A DNA stretch of 64,000 nt from Nanobdellota archaeon. Its GTDB lineage: Archaea; Nanobdellota; Nanobdellia; Pacearchaeales; GW2011-AR1. The translations under genes were made by a program, and so were the position numbers. The notes below the pieces were generated by a model. The model ran no database searches. It was not told the origin of the DNA and saw only the letters and a list, made by a program, of their open reading frames with translations. Positions 19,479-28,983 of this stretch are shown here, in pieces; the first letter of the stretch is position 1, and every line of letters begins with the position of its first letter. Location of the stretch: the NCBI GenBank assembly GCA_023397215.1, contig JAEWUG010000032.1, forward strand, positions 1,514 through 65,513. Reading direction: 5' to 3'.

Positions 19479-20954
19479 TTGAATATTAATATGAAACAAG
19501 AGATTAATTTTGATGAAATAACAAATTTTTGTAAAAGAAAAGGATTTGTTTTTCCTAGTGGAGATTTATATGGATCTTTTGCTGGTTTTTGTGATTTTGG
19601 TAATTTAGGTGTTGAACTTAAGAATAATATTAAATCTTCTTGGTGGAATTTTTATGTAAGACAAAGAGAAGATGTTATAGGATTAGACGGTGCAATTATT
19701 ACAAATCCTAAAGTTTGGGAAGCATCAGGCCATGTTGATTGTTTTTTAGATTATGCTGTTGAATGTAAAAAATGTTCCCACAAATTTAAAGTTGACAAAG
19801 CTGAACTAAAAACTGCAAAATGTGAGAAATGTGGGGGAGAAATAATAAATAAAGGAGAATTTAATCCAATGTTCATAACTGAAGTTGGACCAATAAAAGA
19901 AGACTCAATTAAATCATATTTAAGACCTGAAACTGCACAATTAATATTTGCTAATTTTAAAAATATTCTAGACACAAATAGACTAAAATTACCTTTTGGT
20001 GTTGCTCAAATTGGAAAGAGTTTTAGAAATGAAATTGCACCAAGAAATTTTTTATTTAGATTAAGAGAATTTGAACAAATGGAAATTGAATATTTTATTA
20101 ATCCAAAAGAAAAAAGAAGATGCCCTTATGAAATACAAGATTTAGAAGTATTAGTTTATTCTGCTGAAATGCAAGAAAAGAAAAAAGAACCAGAAAAAAT
20201 GAAATTAACAGAAGCTTTGAAAAAAGGAATTATTAAATTGTCATGGCATGCTTATTGGCTATCAAATAGTTTAAATTGGTTTAAAGAAAATGGAGCAAAT
20301 TTAGATAATTTTAGGATTAGGCAACATGAAAAAAATGAACTTGCACATTATTCTAGTGATTGTTGGGATATTGAATATAAATTTCCTTTTGGATATAAAG
20401 AACTTCAAGGTATTGCAGATAGAGGAACTTATGATTTAACAAGCCATCAAAATAAAAGTTCAAAATCTTTAGAGTTACTTGAAGAAGAAACAAAAGAAAA
20501 GATTTTACCAATGGTAATATGTGAACCTAGTTTTGGAGTCGAAAGAGCATTTTTAGTTTATTTGTTAGAAGCATATTCAAAAAATGATAAAGGAGAAGTG
20601 ATCTTGAAATTACATCCAAGAATCTCACCAATAAAAGTAGCTATTTTTCCATTAGTTAAAAAAGATGAAGAATTAGTTAAAAAAGCAAGAGAAATTTATT
20701 ATGATTTAAGAAAAGAATTTAATTGTATATACGATGAGAAAGGAAGTGTTGGAAGACGTTATGCAAGAAATGATGAAATTGGAACACCATATTGTATTGT
20801 AACTGATACTCAAACATTAGAAGATAATACTGCTACAATTAGAAATAGAAATGATGGGAAACAAATAAGAATAAATATTGAAAAAATAAAAGATACAATT
20901 AGAAAATTAATTAATCAAGAAATGAACTTTGAAGAATCAGGTATTTTAGTTTAA
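19479..20954 (+). CDS. glyS: Glycine--tRNA ligase (archaeal/eukaryal alpha2 type)
   Basis: KRKGFVFPSGDLYGSFAGFCDFGNLGVELKNNI N-terminal signature, class II motifs, and a C-terminal anticodon-binding domain. Confidence 0.85.
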   Translation: MNINMKQEINFDEITNFCKRKGFVFPSGDLYGSFAGFCDFGNLGVELKNNIKSSWWNFYVRQREDVIGLDGAIITNPKVWEASGHVDCFLDYAVECKKCSHKFKVDKAELKTAKCEKCGGEIINKGEFNPMFITEVGPIKEDSIKSYLRPETAQLIFANFKNILDTNRLKLPFGVAQIGKSFRNEIAPRNFLFRLREFEQMEIEYFINPKEKRRCPYEIQDLEVLVYSAEMQEKKKEPEKMKLTEALKKGIIKLSWHAYWLSNSLNWFKENGANLDNFRIRQHEKNELAHYSSDCWDIEYKFPFGYKELQGIADRGTYDLTSHQNKSSKSLELLEEETKEKILPMVICEPSFGVERAFLVYLLEAYSKNDKGEVILKLHPRISPIKVAIFPLVKKDEELVKKAREIYYDLRKEFNCIYDEKGSVGRRYARNDEIGTPYCIVTDTQTLEDNTATIRNRNDGKQIRINIEKIKDTIRKLINQEMNFEESGILV

Positions 20955-20987
20955 GAAAATTTAGATTATTTTAGACTTTTAATTAAA

Positions 20988-21296
20988 TTATTCACAAATT
21001 TCTTTACATTTTTGATTGATGCATTCTACTTCTTGACAAGACAAGCATCCATAAACACAATTTGAGTTATAAGAATCTACTAAATTAAACATCTTTTTTG
21101 CTTCTTTTTTATTTACGTAGATATAACAACCAAAAGGGCATTTTCCTCCAATATCAATACAATCAGATGCAGTATTACAATAATTAGCTTTATTTATTTT
21201 TGATTGAATGATTAATTTGTTTAAAATTGGAGTTGTAAAAATTAAACTTAAGATTAGAAGAACTAAGATAAATTTAACTATAAAATTCTTATTCAT
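20988..21296 (-). CDS. Small secreted Cys-rich protein (12 Cys in about 70 mature residues)
   Basis: Signal peptide or anchor MNKNFIVKFILVLLILSLIF followed by a dense Cys pattern (CNTASDC, CPFGCY, CVYGCLSCQEVEC, CKEIC). Confidence 0.4.
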   Translation of the reverse strand: MNKNFIVKFILVLLILSLIFTTPILNKLIIQSKINKANYCNTASDCIDIGGKCPFGCYIYVNKKEAKKMFNLVDSYNSNCVYGCLSCQEVECINQKCKEICE

Positions 21297-21395
21297 TTTA
21301 AGAAAAAGATTAAGTGAATTATAAATGTTTTTGAAATAATTTAAATTGTATTTTATTAAACCAACAAATTTAAAAAGGGTTTTTGATAAGATTTA

Positions 21396-22397
21396 TTGTG
21401 TTCAGGTGCGGAATCTTATAAAAATAAGAAAGTAGCTTTTACTCCTGAATCTTGTTATAAAATGGTTAAAGAAAAAAAAGAAAATTTAATTGAGAAAGTT
21501 AAGGAAGCTGTTGAAGATATAAAGGAAAAGGTTCAAGATGCTTTTGAAAAAGACGATGAGTCAAAAACTAAAAAGAAAAAAGAAGAATCAAAAATGGTTG
21601 AGGACGGAGGAGATATTGATTTAAAGGAAAATACAATTTTAACTTCAATTGAAGATTATATTAAAACTGCATCTTATTTAGGTACAAAAGTTATTACTCC
21701 ATCTATGAGAAAATATATTTATAGAAGAAGATTAGATGGTCTTGCAATATTGAATACTTTAGTTATTGATGAAAAACTTGCTGGTGCAATTGATTTTGTT
21801 AAACAATATAAGCCAGATGAATGGACTTTAGTTTGTAAAAGAGAAGCAGGTTGGAGAGCTGCTAAAATGTTTAGTGAATTAACAGGAGTAAGACTTTTCA
21901 CTAAAAAATATCCTTCTGGTATCTTAACAAATACTAAATTAGATAATTTTATTGAGACAAATATGATCTTTATTTGTGATCCTTGGCTTGATAAAAATGC
22001 ATTAACAGATGCTAAAAAAATTAGAATACCTGTTGTTGGAATTTGTGATACAAATAATCATACAAAAGATATAGATGTTGTTATTATTTCAAATAATAAA
22101 TCAAATAAATCTTTAGGTTTAATATTTTGGTTACTTGCAAAAGAATATATGAAAGTTCATAATATTGATAAACCATTACCAAGCTTAGAAGATTTTGTTG
22201 GTGAAAAGTTAATTTTAGAAGAACCTAAGAAGAAAAAGAGATTAAGAGAGAAAAAAGAGCAAGAATTGAAAAGTGCACAAGAAGCAATAGAAGAAAAAAT
22301 GAGACAAATTGCTGAAAAAGAAGATGAAAACTTGAAAAAACAAAAAAAATCTGAAGAAGATGTTTTTGTTAGTGAAGCAGTAAAAGAAGGAGTTTAA
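21396..22397 (+). CDS. rps2: Ribosomal protein S2 (uS2) with K/E-rich N- and C-terminal extensions
   Basis: Core FIYRRRLDGLAILNT...ILTNTKL...FICDPWLDKNALTDAKKIRIPVVGICDTNN...SLGLIFWLLAKEY aligns with archaeal uS2. The start codon is uncertain: the long N-terminal K/E-rich region may be an extension or a mis-call. Confidence 0.8.
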   Translation: MCSGAESYKNKKVAFTPESCYKMVKEKKENLIEKVKEAVEDIKEKVQDAFEKDDESKTKKKKEESKMVEDGGDIDLKENTILTSIEDYIKTASYLGTKVITPSMRKYIYRRRLDGLAILNTLVIDEKLAGAIDFVKQYKPDEWTLVCKREAGWRAAKMFSELTGVRLFTKKYPSGILTNTKLDNFIETNMIFICDPWLDKNALTDAKKIRIPVVGICDTNNHTKDIDVVIISNNKSNKSLGLIFWLLAKEYMKVHNIDKPLPSLEDFVGEKLILEEPKKKKRLREKKEQELKSAQEAIEEKMRQIAEKEDENLKKQKKSEEDVFVSEAVKEGV

Positions 22398-22528
22398 ATT
22401 TTTATTAAAAGCTATTTTTCAATTAAAAGCCTTATTTTTAGATGATTTTTAGAAAAAATATAAAAAAATATAAAAAGGTACTTGTTTTTAATTTGAATAC
22501 AGCTAAATTTTGATTTTAATAGATTTAT

Positions 22529-22969
22529 ATGATTAGAGAAGTAATAAAGGAAAAAACAAGTGCAGACCATCTACTTTATGTTAGTTTAAAATATACTAAA
22601 ACTTGTGATGTAATCTTAAATTTAATTGAAAGATGGAAATATCTTATTGAGAAATCTTTTGATGCACTTTTACAAAATTTAATTGATAAAGATAAATTAG
22701 TTGGTTTACCAAATTCTCCTAAACAAAGAATTGATTTTATTCGAACTAATTTTAAAAAATCTTCTTCTATACAAAATATTATCCCATTATATGTTTTTTT
22801 CAAAAGAGTGCCAGAACTAAGTAAAAAAAGAGAATGTGAATTTAGAAAAAATGTATGCCTAAAAGTAAAATTGCCAAATGAAGAAATTTCAATAAATATG
22901 GAAAAATTGACTGAATATTCTTCGATAATTGATTCTTTTATCGATGAGGTAAAAAAGATTTTAATTTAA
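22529..22969 (+). CDS. Hypothetical protein
   Basis: 146-aa ORF with no recognisable motif. Confidence 0.3.
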   Translation: MIREVIKEKTSADHLLYVSLKYTKTCDVILNLIERWKYLIEKSFDALLQNLIDKDKLVGLPNSPKQRIDFIRTNFKKSSSIQNIIPLYVFFKRVPELSKKRECEFRKNVCLKVKLPNEEISINMEKLTEYSSIIDSFIDEVKKILI

Positions 22970-22975
22970 TATCTT

Positions 22976-24529
22976 TTAACTTTGAATACTAAACCTTCTT
23001 AAAACACTCTCAGGATTTTTAGCATATTCATTAATTACTCTTTGTACATCATCATAACTTAAAACTTTTTGATTATATAATTGACTTATTAATTGTGTTC
23101 TTATTTGATATTCTTTAATTAATTTATCTATTGGGATACCTATTTTTTCAGAAATTTTTTGAAAAACAAAACTTTTACCTTGGAAAAAAAATTTATCTTG
23201 TGCTGGATCCCATCTAAAAGGAGTATTTGTAGTATATGTCCCATCAGGGTTTACTTTAATTATTTCAACAATTTCTCTTACTTTCCTTGTTTCTTCTCCT
23301 TTAACAATTGCATGTGTTTGTATTGCTACAATATCTAAACCATTTATTAAAGTAGGACTTAGATTAATTGGAGGTGTTGAAAGTCTATTTATTATTGCTT
23401 GAACTGAATCTGCATGAAGTGTAGAAATTGAAGCATGACCTGAAGCCATTCCCTGAAATAAAACAGATGCTTCTGCACCTCTTACTTCACCAACAATTAC
23501 ATAATCAGGATTTTGTCTGAAAGAACCTCTTAATAAACTAAACATATCAACTTCTCCGACTTGACCTCCACTCACTCCAGTTCTAACAACACTTGGAAGC
23601 CAATTTTCTCTAGGTAAATTCAATTCTCGAGTATCTTCAATAGAAACAACCCTATTTTCTTGAGGAATAAAAAATGCAACTGCATTTAACAAAGTGGTTT
23701 TACCTGAAGCTGTTCCACCTACAATCATAATATTTGTTTGATATTGTAAACTCATCCAAAAATAAGCTAAAATTTCCGCATTTAAAGTATTAAATCCTAT
23801 TAATTGAATTGGAGTCCAAGGAACCTTTGTAAATTTTCTTATTGTAAAAGTTGGGCCCTTACTAGAAATATCTTTAGTATATGTAGCATTAACTCTACTA
23901 CCATCAGGTAATGTACCATCTAAAATAGGAGATGCATATGAAACATATTTACCTGTTTTTTGAGCAAGTTTTTCAACAAATGAAGCAAGAGGATCAATTT
24001 CTTTAAATCGGATATTTGTTCTTAAATTCCTAAAAACTCTATGAACTACATAAATTGGTTCATTTGCACCATTACATTCTACATCTTCAATAAAATAATC
24101 TTTCATAATAGGTTCAATTTCATTTAAACCAATAAAATTTCGATATAAATAATAAAATATTTTTTTATAATCTTCTTCAGATATTTTCATACCTAATTCA
24201 GCTATTACTTTTTTTGTATGTTTATTAATATAATCAATTAAACTATCAACAGGTTTATTTTCTTCTGTTAGTGTAAAATTAATTGTCTCTTTTAACACTT
24301 CTTCAATTTTTTTAAAATTAATTTTATTTTGTTCAGATAACAAAGGTTCTTCAACTTCATAAACTAATTCTGATTTTTCATTATCCCAAAAAACATGAAT
24401 AGAAACATAAGGAGCTATAACCATATATCTAACATTTATTTTTGTTTTATCTTCGTATTTTGGAATAGGAGGAATTTTAGGATTTAGGTTTATTTTTATT
24501 TCTTCTTGCATTTTATTAAAATTCATCAA
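22976..24529 (-). CDS. Type IV pilus/archaellum-type secretion ATPase (FlaI/PilB/GspE family)
   Basis: Walker A VGGTASGKTTLLNAVAFFIP, a SIEDTRELNL Asp box, and Walker B/His box regions; 517 aa with an N-terminal domain, typical of archaeal FlaI/ArlI-like ATPases. Confidence 0.8.
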   Translation of the reverse strand: MMNFNKMQEEIKINLNPKIPPIPKYEDKTKINVRYMVIAPYVSIHVFWDNEKSELVYEVEEPLLSEQNKINFKKIEEVLKETINFTLTEENKPVDSLIDYINKHTKKVIAELGMKISEEDYKKIFYYLYRNFIGLNEIEPIMKDYFIEDVECNGANEPIYVVHRVFRNLRTNIRFKEIDPLASFVEKLAQKTGKYVSYASPILDGTLPDGSRVNATYTKDISSKGPTFTIRKFTKVPWTPIQLIGFNTLNAEILAYFWMSLQYQTNIMIVGGTASGKTTLLNAVAFFIPQENRVVSIEDTRELNLPRENWLPSVVRTGVSGGQVGEVDMFSLLRGSFRQNPDYVIVGEVRGAEASVLFQGMASGHASISTLHADSVQAIINRLSTPPINLSPTLINGLDIVAIQTHAIVKGEETRKVREIVEIIKVNPDGTYTTNTPFRWDPAQDKFFFQGKSFVFQKISEKIGIPIDKLIKEYQIRTQLISQLYNQKVLSYDDVQRVINEYAKNPESVLRRFSIQS

Positions 24530-25067
24530 AATTTATTATAGGTTTGTTATTTGAATTTAAACTTAAATATTCTAATGAAACTCTATAAGGTGTAGAACTT
24601 TCATAAAATTCTTTAACAATATCTTGATTATTAAATTTAATATCTAAATTAGAATAATCCACTTCGAGAGTTATAAACCAAGGATCATTTCCTGTTGTAG
24701 TTACATTAACGATTCCCACTTTTATAGAAACTCCTGATTCAGAATATTGTTTTGTAGATTCTAATTCCCAACGAAGTTTATTTTTTTCTCCATCAATAAA
24801 GAAACTACCTTTTCCAATATTTAATTGTTGGATTACTCTTCTATTTCCTGGAGCTTTTAATGCATCATAAATTTGTTCATTTATTTTTCCAAGACTTTGA
24901 ATAGATTGTTCTATTAATGATTGGTCTTTCATTTCTTCTATCCTTGGTAAAGTTGCTACAAGTAAAATTCCAATAATAGTTAATCCTATTAAAGTATAAA
25001 TAACTGTTTCAACCCATACTTGAGCATTTTTATTTTTAAAAAAAATACTAAAACCTCTTTTATTCAT
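24516..25067 (-). CDS. Pilin-like protein with class III signal peptide
   Basis: N-terminus MNKRGFSIFFKNKNAQVWVETVIYTLIGLTIIGILLVATLP is a prepilin-like hydrophobic N-terminus with Q/E near the putative cleavage site. Overlaps the ATPase gene by 14 nt. Confidence 0.5.
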   Translation of the reverse strand: MNKRGFSIFFKNKNAQVWVETVIYTLIGLTIIGILLVATLPRIEEMKDQSLIEQSIQSLGKINEQIYDALKAPGNRRVIQQLNIGKGSFFIDGEKNKLRWELESTKQYSESGVSIKVGIVNVTTTGNDPWFITLEVDYSNLDIKFNNQDIVKEFYESSTPYRVSLEYLSLNSNNKPIINFDEF

Positions 25068-25148
25068 ACTTATTAAAAAAAGAATATTGTTTAAATATTT
25101 ATCTTTTAAAAAAACAAAAAAAGCCTAAAAATAAAAGGCTAAAAAAAT

Positions 25149-25733
25149 TTATGCAAGTGGACAAGCAGATAAAGTAATTGTCTTTGTTGTATCTCCACAA
25201 CTTGATTTCTTATCATTTCTCATTGTTAAAACAGTTAATGAAAAATCGATTGAATCACCTATAATTTGATTTCCAGGATTTACAAATGTTTCTGTAAGAG
25301 AAATTGTTTTAGTTCCTCCTAAAGAAGGCAAATTTGCAGAATCAGTTATTTCTCCAGAGAATGATTCTTCATATTCTGTACTAAAACCACCTTGAATTGT
25401 TTTAAAATTAGTAGCATAACTTAATCCATAAAAATTAAAATCTTTTCCACCTAATTTTGTAGGAATATTCAATGTAACAGTATTACCTGTTAAAGAATAA
25501 CAAGCATTTTCATTTTCAAGAATTTGAAATTGCTCAGCAGCATAGATACAATCAGTGAAAGATTCTGCTTGACCTAAGTTATCTTGAACCATTGGAACAA
25601 CTACTGTCCAAACAATAGTTACTGTTGCAATTGTAATCAAGATAAGTAAAACAGTTGCAATAATTGCAGAAACACCTTTTTTATTAAACATTGTTAAACC
25701 TCCTTTCACCTTTTTTACTTTTATTTGATTCAT
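25149..25733 (-). CDS. Archaeal type IV pilin (class III signal peptide, arch-flag N-terminal domain)
   Basis: KKGVSAIIATVLLILITIATVTIV is the canonical archaeal pilin/flagellin N-terminal domain, i.e. K(K/R)G followed by a hydrophobic stretch. Confidence 0.75.
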   Translation of the reverse strand: MNQIKVKKVKGGLTMFNKKGVSAIIATVLLILITIATVTIVWTVVVPMVQDNLGQAESFTDCIYAAEQFQILENENACYSLTGNTVTLNIPTKLGGKDFNFYGLSYATNFKTIQGGFSTEYEESFSGEITDSANLPSLGGTKTISLTETFVNPGNQIIGDSIDFSLTVLTMRNDKKSSCGDTTKTITLSACPLA

Positions 25734-25832
25734 AACGATATTTAAATGATTTTAATAGTTATAAATGTTTCGACAATAAAGTATAATAAAATTTTAGTTA
25801 ATTTTATAATATCATTTTTCTTAAAGAAAGTT

Positions 25833-26558
25833 ATGAATCAAAAAGAACAAGTGATAAGATTAGATAATGTAAAAAAATATTATTATCTTGGACAAAATGT
25901 TGTAAAAGCATTGGATGGAATAAATGTTTCAGTTAATCTTGGTGACTTTGTTGCAATAATGGGCCCATCTGGATCAGGGAAATCTACTGCAATGAATATG
26001 ATTGGTTCTTTAGATAAACCTAGTGGTGGAAGAATTTATTTAGATGGTAAAGATATCAATTCATTTGAAGAAAGTAAGCTTGCTCAGTTAAGAGGGAAGA
26101 AAATAGGTTTTATATTTCAACAATTTAATTTAATCCCTAATTTAACAGCTTTAGAAAATGTAGCATTACCCTTATTATTCCAAGGGATAGATGAAATTAC
26201 TCGTATCAAAAAAGCTAAACAATTATTAGAAATGATGGAATTAAAAGATAGATTAAATCACTATCCAAACCAACTTTCAGGAGGTCAACAACAAAGAGTT
26301 GCTATTGCTCGTTCACTTGCAAATGAACCAGAAGTAATTTTAGCAGACGAGCCTACAGGAAATTTAGATACTAAAACAGGTGAAATTGTAATGGAATTTT
26401 TAGAAAAAATGCATAAAAAAGGTAAAACAATTATTATTGTAACTCATGATCCTGAACTTGCACTTGAATATGCAAATAAAATTTATTGGATTAAAGATGG
26501 TAAAGTTGAAAAGATTACAAAAAAACAAAACAATAAATGGCTAACAATAAAAGAGTAA
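25833..26558 (+). CDS. ABC transporter ATP-binding protein (MacB/LolD/FtsE-like)
   Basis: Walker A GPSGSGKST, Q-loop, signature LSGGQQQRVAIARSL, Walker B ILADEPTGNLD and H-loop. Start placed at the internal Met MNQKEQVIRLDNV; the track ORF starts 87 nt earlier with a low-complexity leader. Confidence 0.8.
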   Translation: MNQKEQVIRLDNVKKYYYLGQNVVKALDGINVSVNLGDFVAIMGPSGSGKSTAMNMIGSLDKPSGGRIYLDGKDINSFEESKLAQLRGKKIGFIFQQFNLIPNLTALENVALPLLFQGIDEITRIKKAKQLLEMMELKDRLNHYPNQLSGGQQQRVAIARSLANEPEVILADEPTGNLDTKTGEIVMEFLEKMHKKGKTIIIVTHDPELALEYANKIYWIKDGKVEKITKKQNNKWLTIKE

Positions 26559-26561
26559 AAT

Positions 26562-27773
26562 ATGAAAGATTATTTTTTATTAAGTTTTAGAAATCTAAAA
26601 AGAAGGGGTTTACGTAGTTGGTTAACAGTTATTGGAATTTTTATTGGGATTGCAGCAGTAGTTGCCTTAATTAGTTTAGGTCAAGCATTACAATTAGCAA
26701 TTTCTTCACAATTTACAAGTTTAGAACCGGATAAAATTCAATTGAAAAATGCAGATAATGGTATGGCTCCTCCAGGTTCTACTGCTGCAAAATCATTAAC
26801 TCAAGATGAAATAGATTTGATTTCAAATATAAAATATATTAATGCTATTTATGGAACTTATCTTCGTCCTGTAACATTAAATTATAATGATAAATCTCAA
26901 TTTACTTTTGTTCAATCTCTTCCGAGTAATAATGAATACTTAGAATTGATTTATAGAAAATATAATAAACCAGAACAAGGAAATTTTCTTTTATCTTATA
27001 ATAATCATAGAATATTATTAGGAAACTCTTTTTTAACAAATAATATCTTCGGTAAAGAAATAAAAGTAGGAGACAATCTTAAGATAAATAATAAAGAATT
27101 TAGAGTTGTTGGATTTTTAGAAGAAACAGGTTCGTTTACAATTAATCAGGCTGTTTATTTGTTAGATGTTGATTTAGAAGATTTATTAAATTTAAAACAG
27201 AATTATGATTTAATTGAAATATATGTTGAAGATCAAAAATATATTGATGAAGTATCAAATCAAATTAAAGAAATAATCAGAAAAGAAAGAAAAGAAGAGG
27301 TTGGAGATGAATCTTTTTCAATAGATACTCCTGGTTCCACATTAAGTAATATTAATACAGTTTTAATTATGGTCAATGCAGTAGTAATTGCTATTGCTTC
27401 TATTGCATTATTAATTGGAGGTATAGGAGTTGCAAATACAATGTTTACTTCAATTGTTGAAAGAAAAAAAGAAATTGGGATTATGAAAGCAATCGGTGCA
27501 AAAAATAAAGATATAATGAAGATTTTTTTGATTGAATCAGGTTTATTAGGATTTTTTGGTGGACTTGCAGGAGCATTATTTGGTTTAACAATAGCTTATT
27601 TAGTTTCAAGCATCGCAAGACAAATCATTGGAGGAGAATTATTCAAAGTTACTTTATCTTGGCCATTATTAATTGGAGCTTCTTTATTCTCATTTATAAT
27701 CGGTTTAATTGCAGGTTATATTCCTGCAAGGCAAGCATCTAAATTAAATCCAGTACAAGCATTAAGAGGCTAA
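26562..27773 (+). CDS. ABC exporter permease, FtsX/MacB family
   Basis: N-terminal TM helix, a large extracytoplasmic domain, and a C-terminal three-TM FtsX-like domain (GIGVANTMFTSIVERKKEIGIMKAIGA). Confidence 0.7.
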   Translation: MKDYFLLSFRNLKRRGLRSWLTVIGIFIGIAAVVALISLGQALQLAISSQFTSLEPDKIQLKNADNGMAPPGSTAAKSLTQDEIDLISNIKYINAIYGTYLRPVTLNYNDKSQFTFVQSLPSNNEYLELIYRKYNKPEQGNFLLSYNNHRILLGNSFLTNNIFGKEIKVGDNLKINNKEFRVVGFLEETGSFTINQAVYLLDVDLEDLLNLKQNYDLIEIYVEDQKYIDEVSNQIKEIIRKERKEEVGDESFSIDTPGSTLSNINTVLIMVNAVVIAIASIALLIGGIGVANTMFTSIVERKKEIGIMKAIGAKNKDIMKIFLIESGLLGFFGGLAGALFGLTIAYLVSSIARQIIGGELFKVTLSWPLLIGASLFSFIIGLIAGYIPARQASKLNPVQALRG

Positions 27774-27774
27774 A

Positions 27775-28983
27775 ATGGTAAATAAAGAGTTTTTAAAATT
27801 AGCAAGTGCAAATTTAAGAAAAAGGAAATTAAGAAGTGGATTAACTCTTTTAGGGATAATTATTTCTGTAATTGTTATTTTTCTTCTTATTAGTTTATCT
27901 TTAGGATTACAACAAGGAATTGAAAATTTATTTAATCAAATGGGTCGAGATAAATTCTTTATTTATCCTATGGGTATCCCTGGTATTGCAAGTTCTTCTG
28001 ATTTAACACTTAAAGATATTAATATTATTAACAAAGTTTCTGGAGTTGAAGAAACATTTTATGCAACAATGGATACTACAGAAATAACTTTTAAAAATGA
28101 AAAAAGATATTTACAAACATTAGGTATTGTAGACGAAGATAATAAGGTTATTGATTTAACCTTTGATAGTTTTACATTAGAATTAAAAGAAGGATATTTT
28201 TTAAAACCACAAGAGAATAGAAAAGTAGTATTAGGTTTTAAAATCCCTTTTATCTTTGAAGAAATTAAAATTGGAGATTCTATCTTAATAAATAATCAAA
28301 GATTTCAAATAATTGGAATTTTAGAATCATTAGGCAATGATATTGATGACTCTTCGATTTATATAAGTTATTCTGATTCCAAAAATTTATTTAATAATAC
28401 AAAAGATAAAATTGACTTTGTAGGAATAAAAATAAAAGATATTAATAATATGAATTTGACAGTAGAAGAAACTAAAGATAAATTAGATAAATATAGGAAT
28501 GTTACAGAAGACACAAGAGATTATATTATTCAAACTCCTGAAGATATTTTAAATATTTTTAATTCTATTTTATCAATTATTACAATTTTTTTAATTGGAA
28601 TTGGGAGTATTAGTGTTTTAGTAGGTGCTGTTGGAATTGCTAACACAATGTATACTTCTGTTCTTGAAAGAACAAGAGAAATTGGTGTAATGAAAGCAAT
28701 CGGTGCAACTAATTTTTCAATTACTAAAATCTTTTTATTTGAATCAGTTTTATTAGGTTTAATCGGTGGAATAATTGGAATGTTTATTGGTTTTTTATTT
28801 GCAGAATTAATTGGGTATTTAGTTTTAAATCTAGCAAATATTTCATATTTAAAACCAATATATCCTTTATACTTAATAATAGGAGTTTTAATATTTAGTA
28901 TTTTAATTGGAATTATAAGCGGATTTTTACCTTCAAAAAATGCTTCAAAAACAAATATTGTAAATGCATTAAGATATGAGTAA
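27775..28983 (+). CDS. ABC exporter permease, FtsX/MacB family (second paralog)
   Basis: Same architecture as its neighbour (VGAVGIANTMYTSVLERTREIGVMKAIGA); a tandem pair downstream of the ATPase. Confidence 0.7.
   Translation: MVNKEFLKLASANLRKRKLRSGLTLLGIIISVIVIFLLISLSLGLQQGIENLFNQMGRDKFFIYPMGIPGIASSSDLTLKDINIINKVSGVEETFYATMDTTEITFKNEKRYLQTLGIVDEDNKVIDLTFDSFTLELKEGYFLKPQENRKVVLGFKIPFIFEEIKIGDSILINNQRFQIIGILESLGNDIDDSSIYISYSDSKNLFNNTKDKIDFVGIKIKDINNMNLTVEETKDKLDKYRNVTEDTRDYIIQTPEDILNIFNSILSIITIFLIGIGSISVLVGAVGIANTMYTSVLERTREIGVMKAIGATNFSITKIFLFESVLLGLIGGIIGMFIGFLFAELIGYLVLNLANISYLKPIYPLYLIIGVLIFSILIGIISGFLPSKNASKTNIVNALRYE

Noticed and set aside
25746-25832. Upstream extension of the ABC ATPase ORF (MILIVINVSTIKYNKILVNFIISFFLKKV)
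   Set aside because: Low-complexity leader; the Walker-containing domain begins at the internal Met at 25833, matching family N-termini, and the extension would overlap the divergent pilin promoter region.
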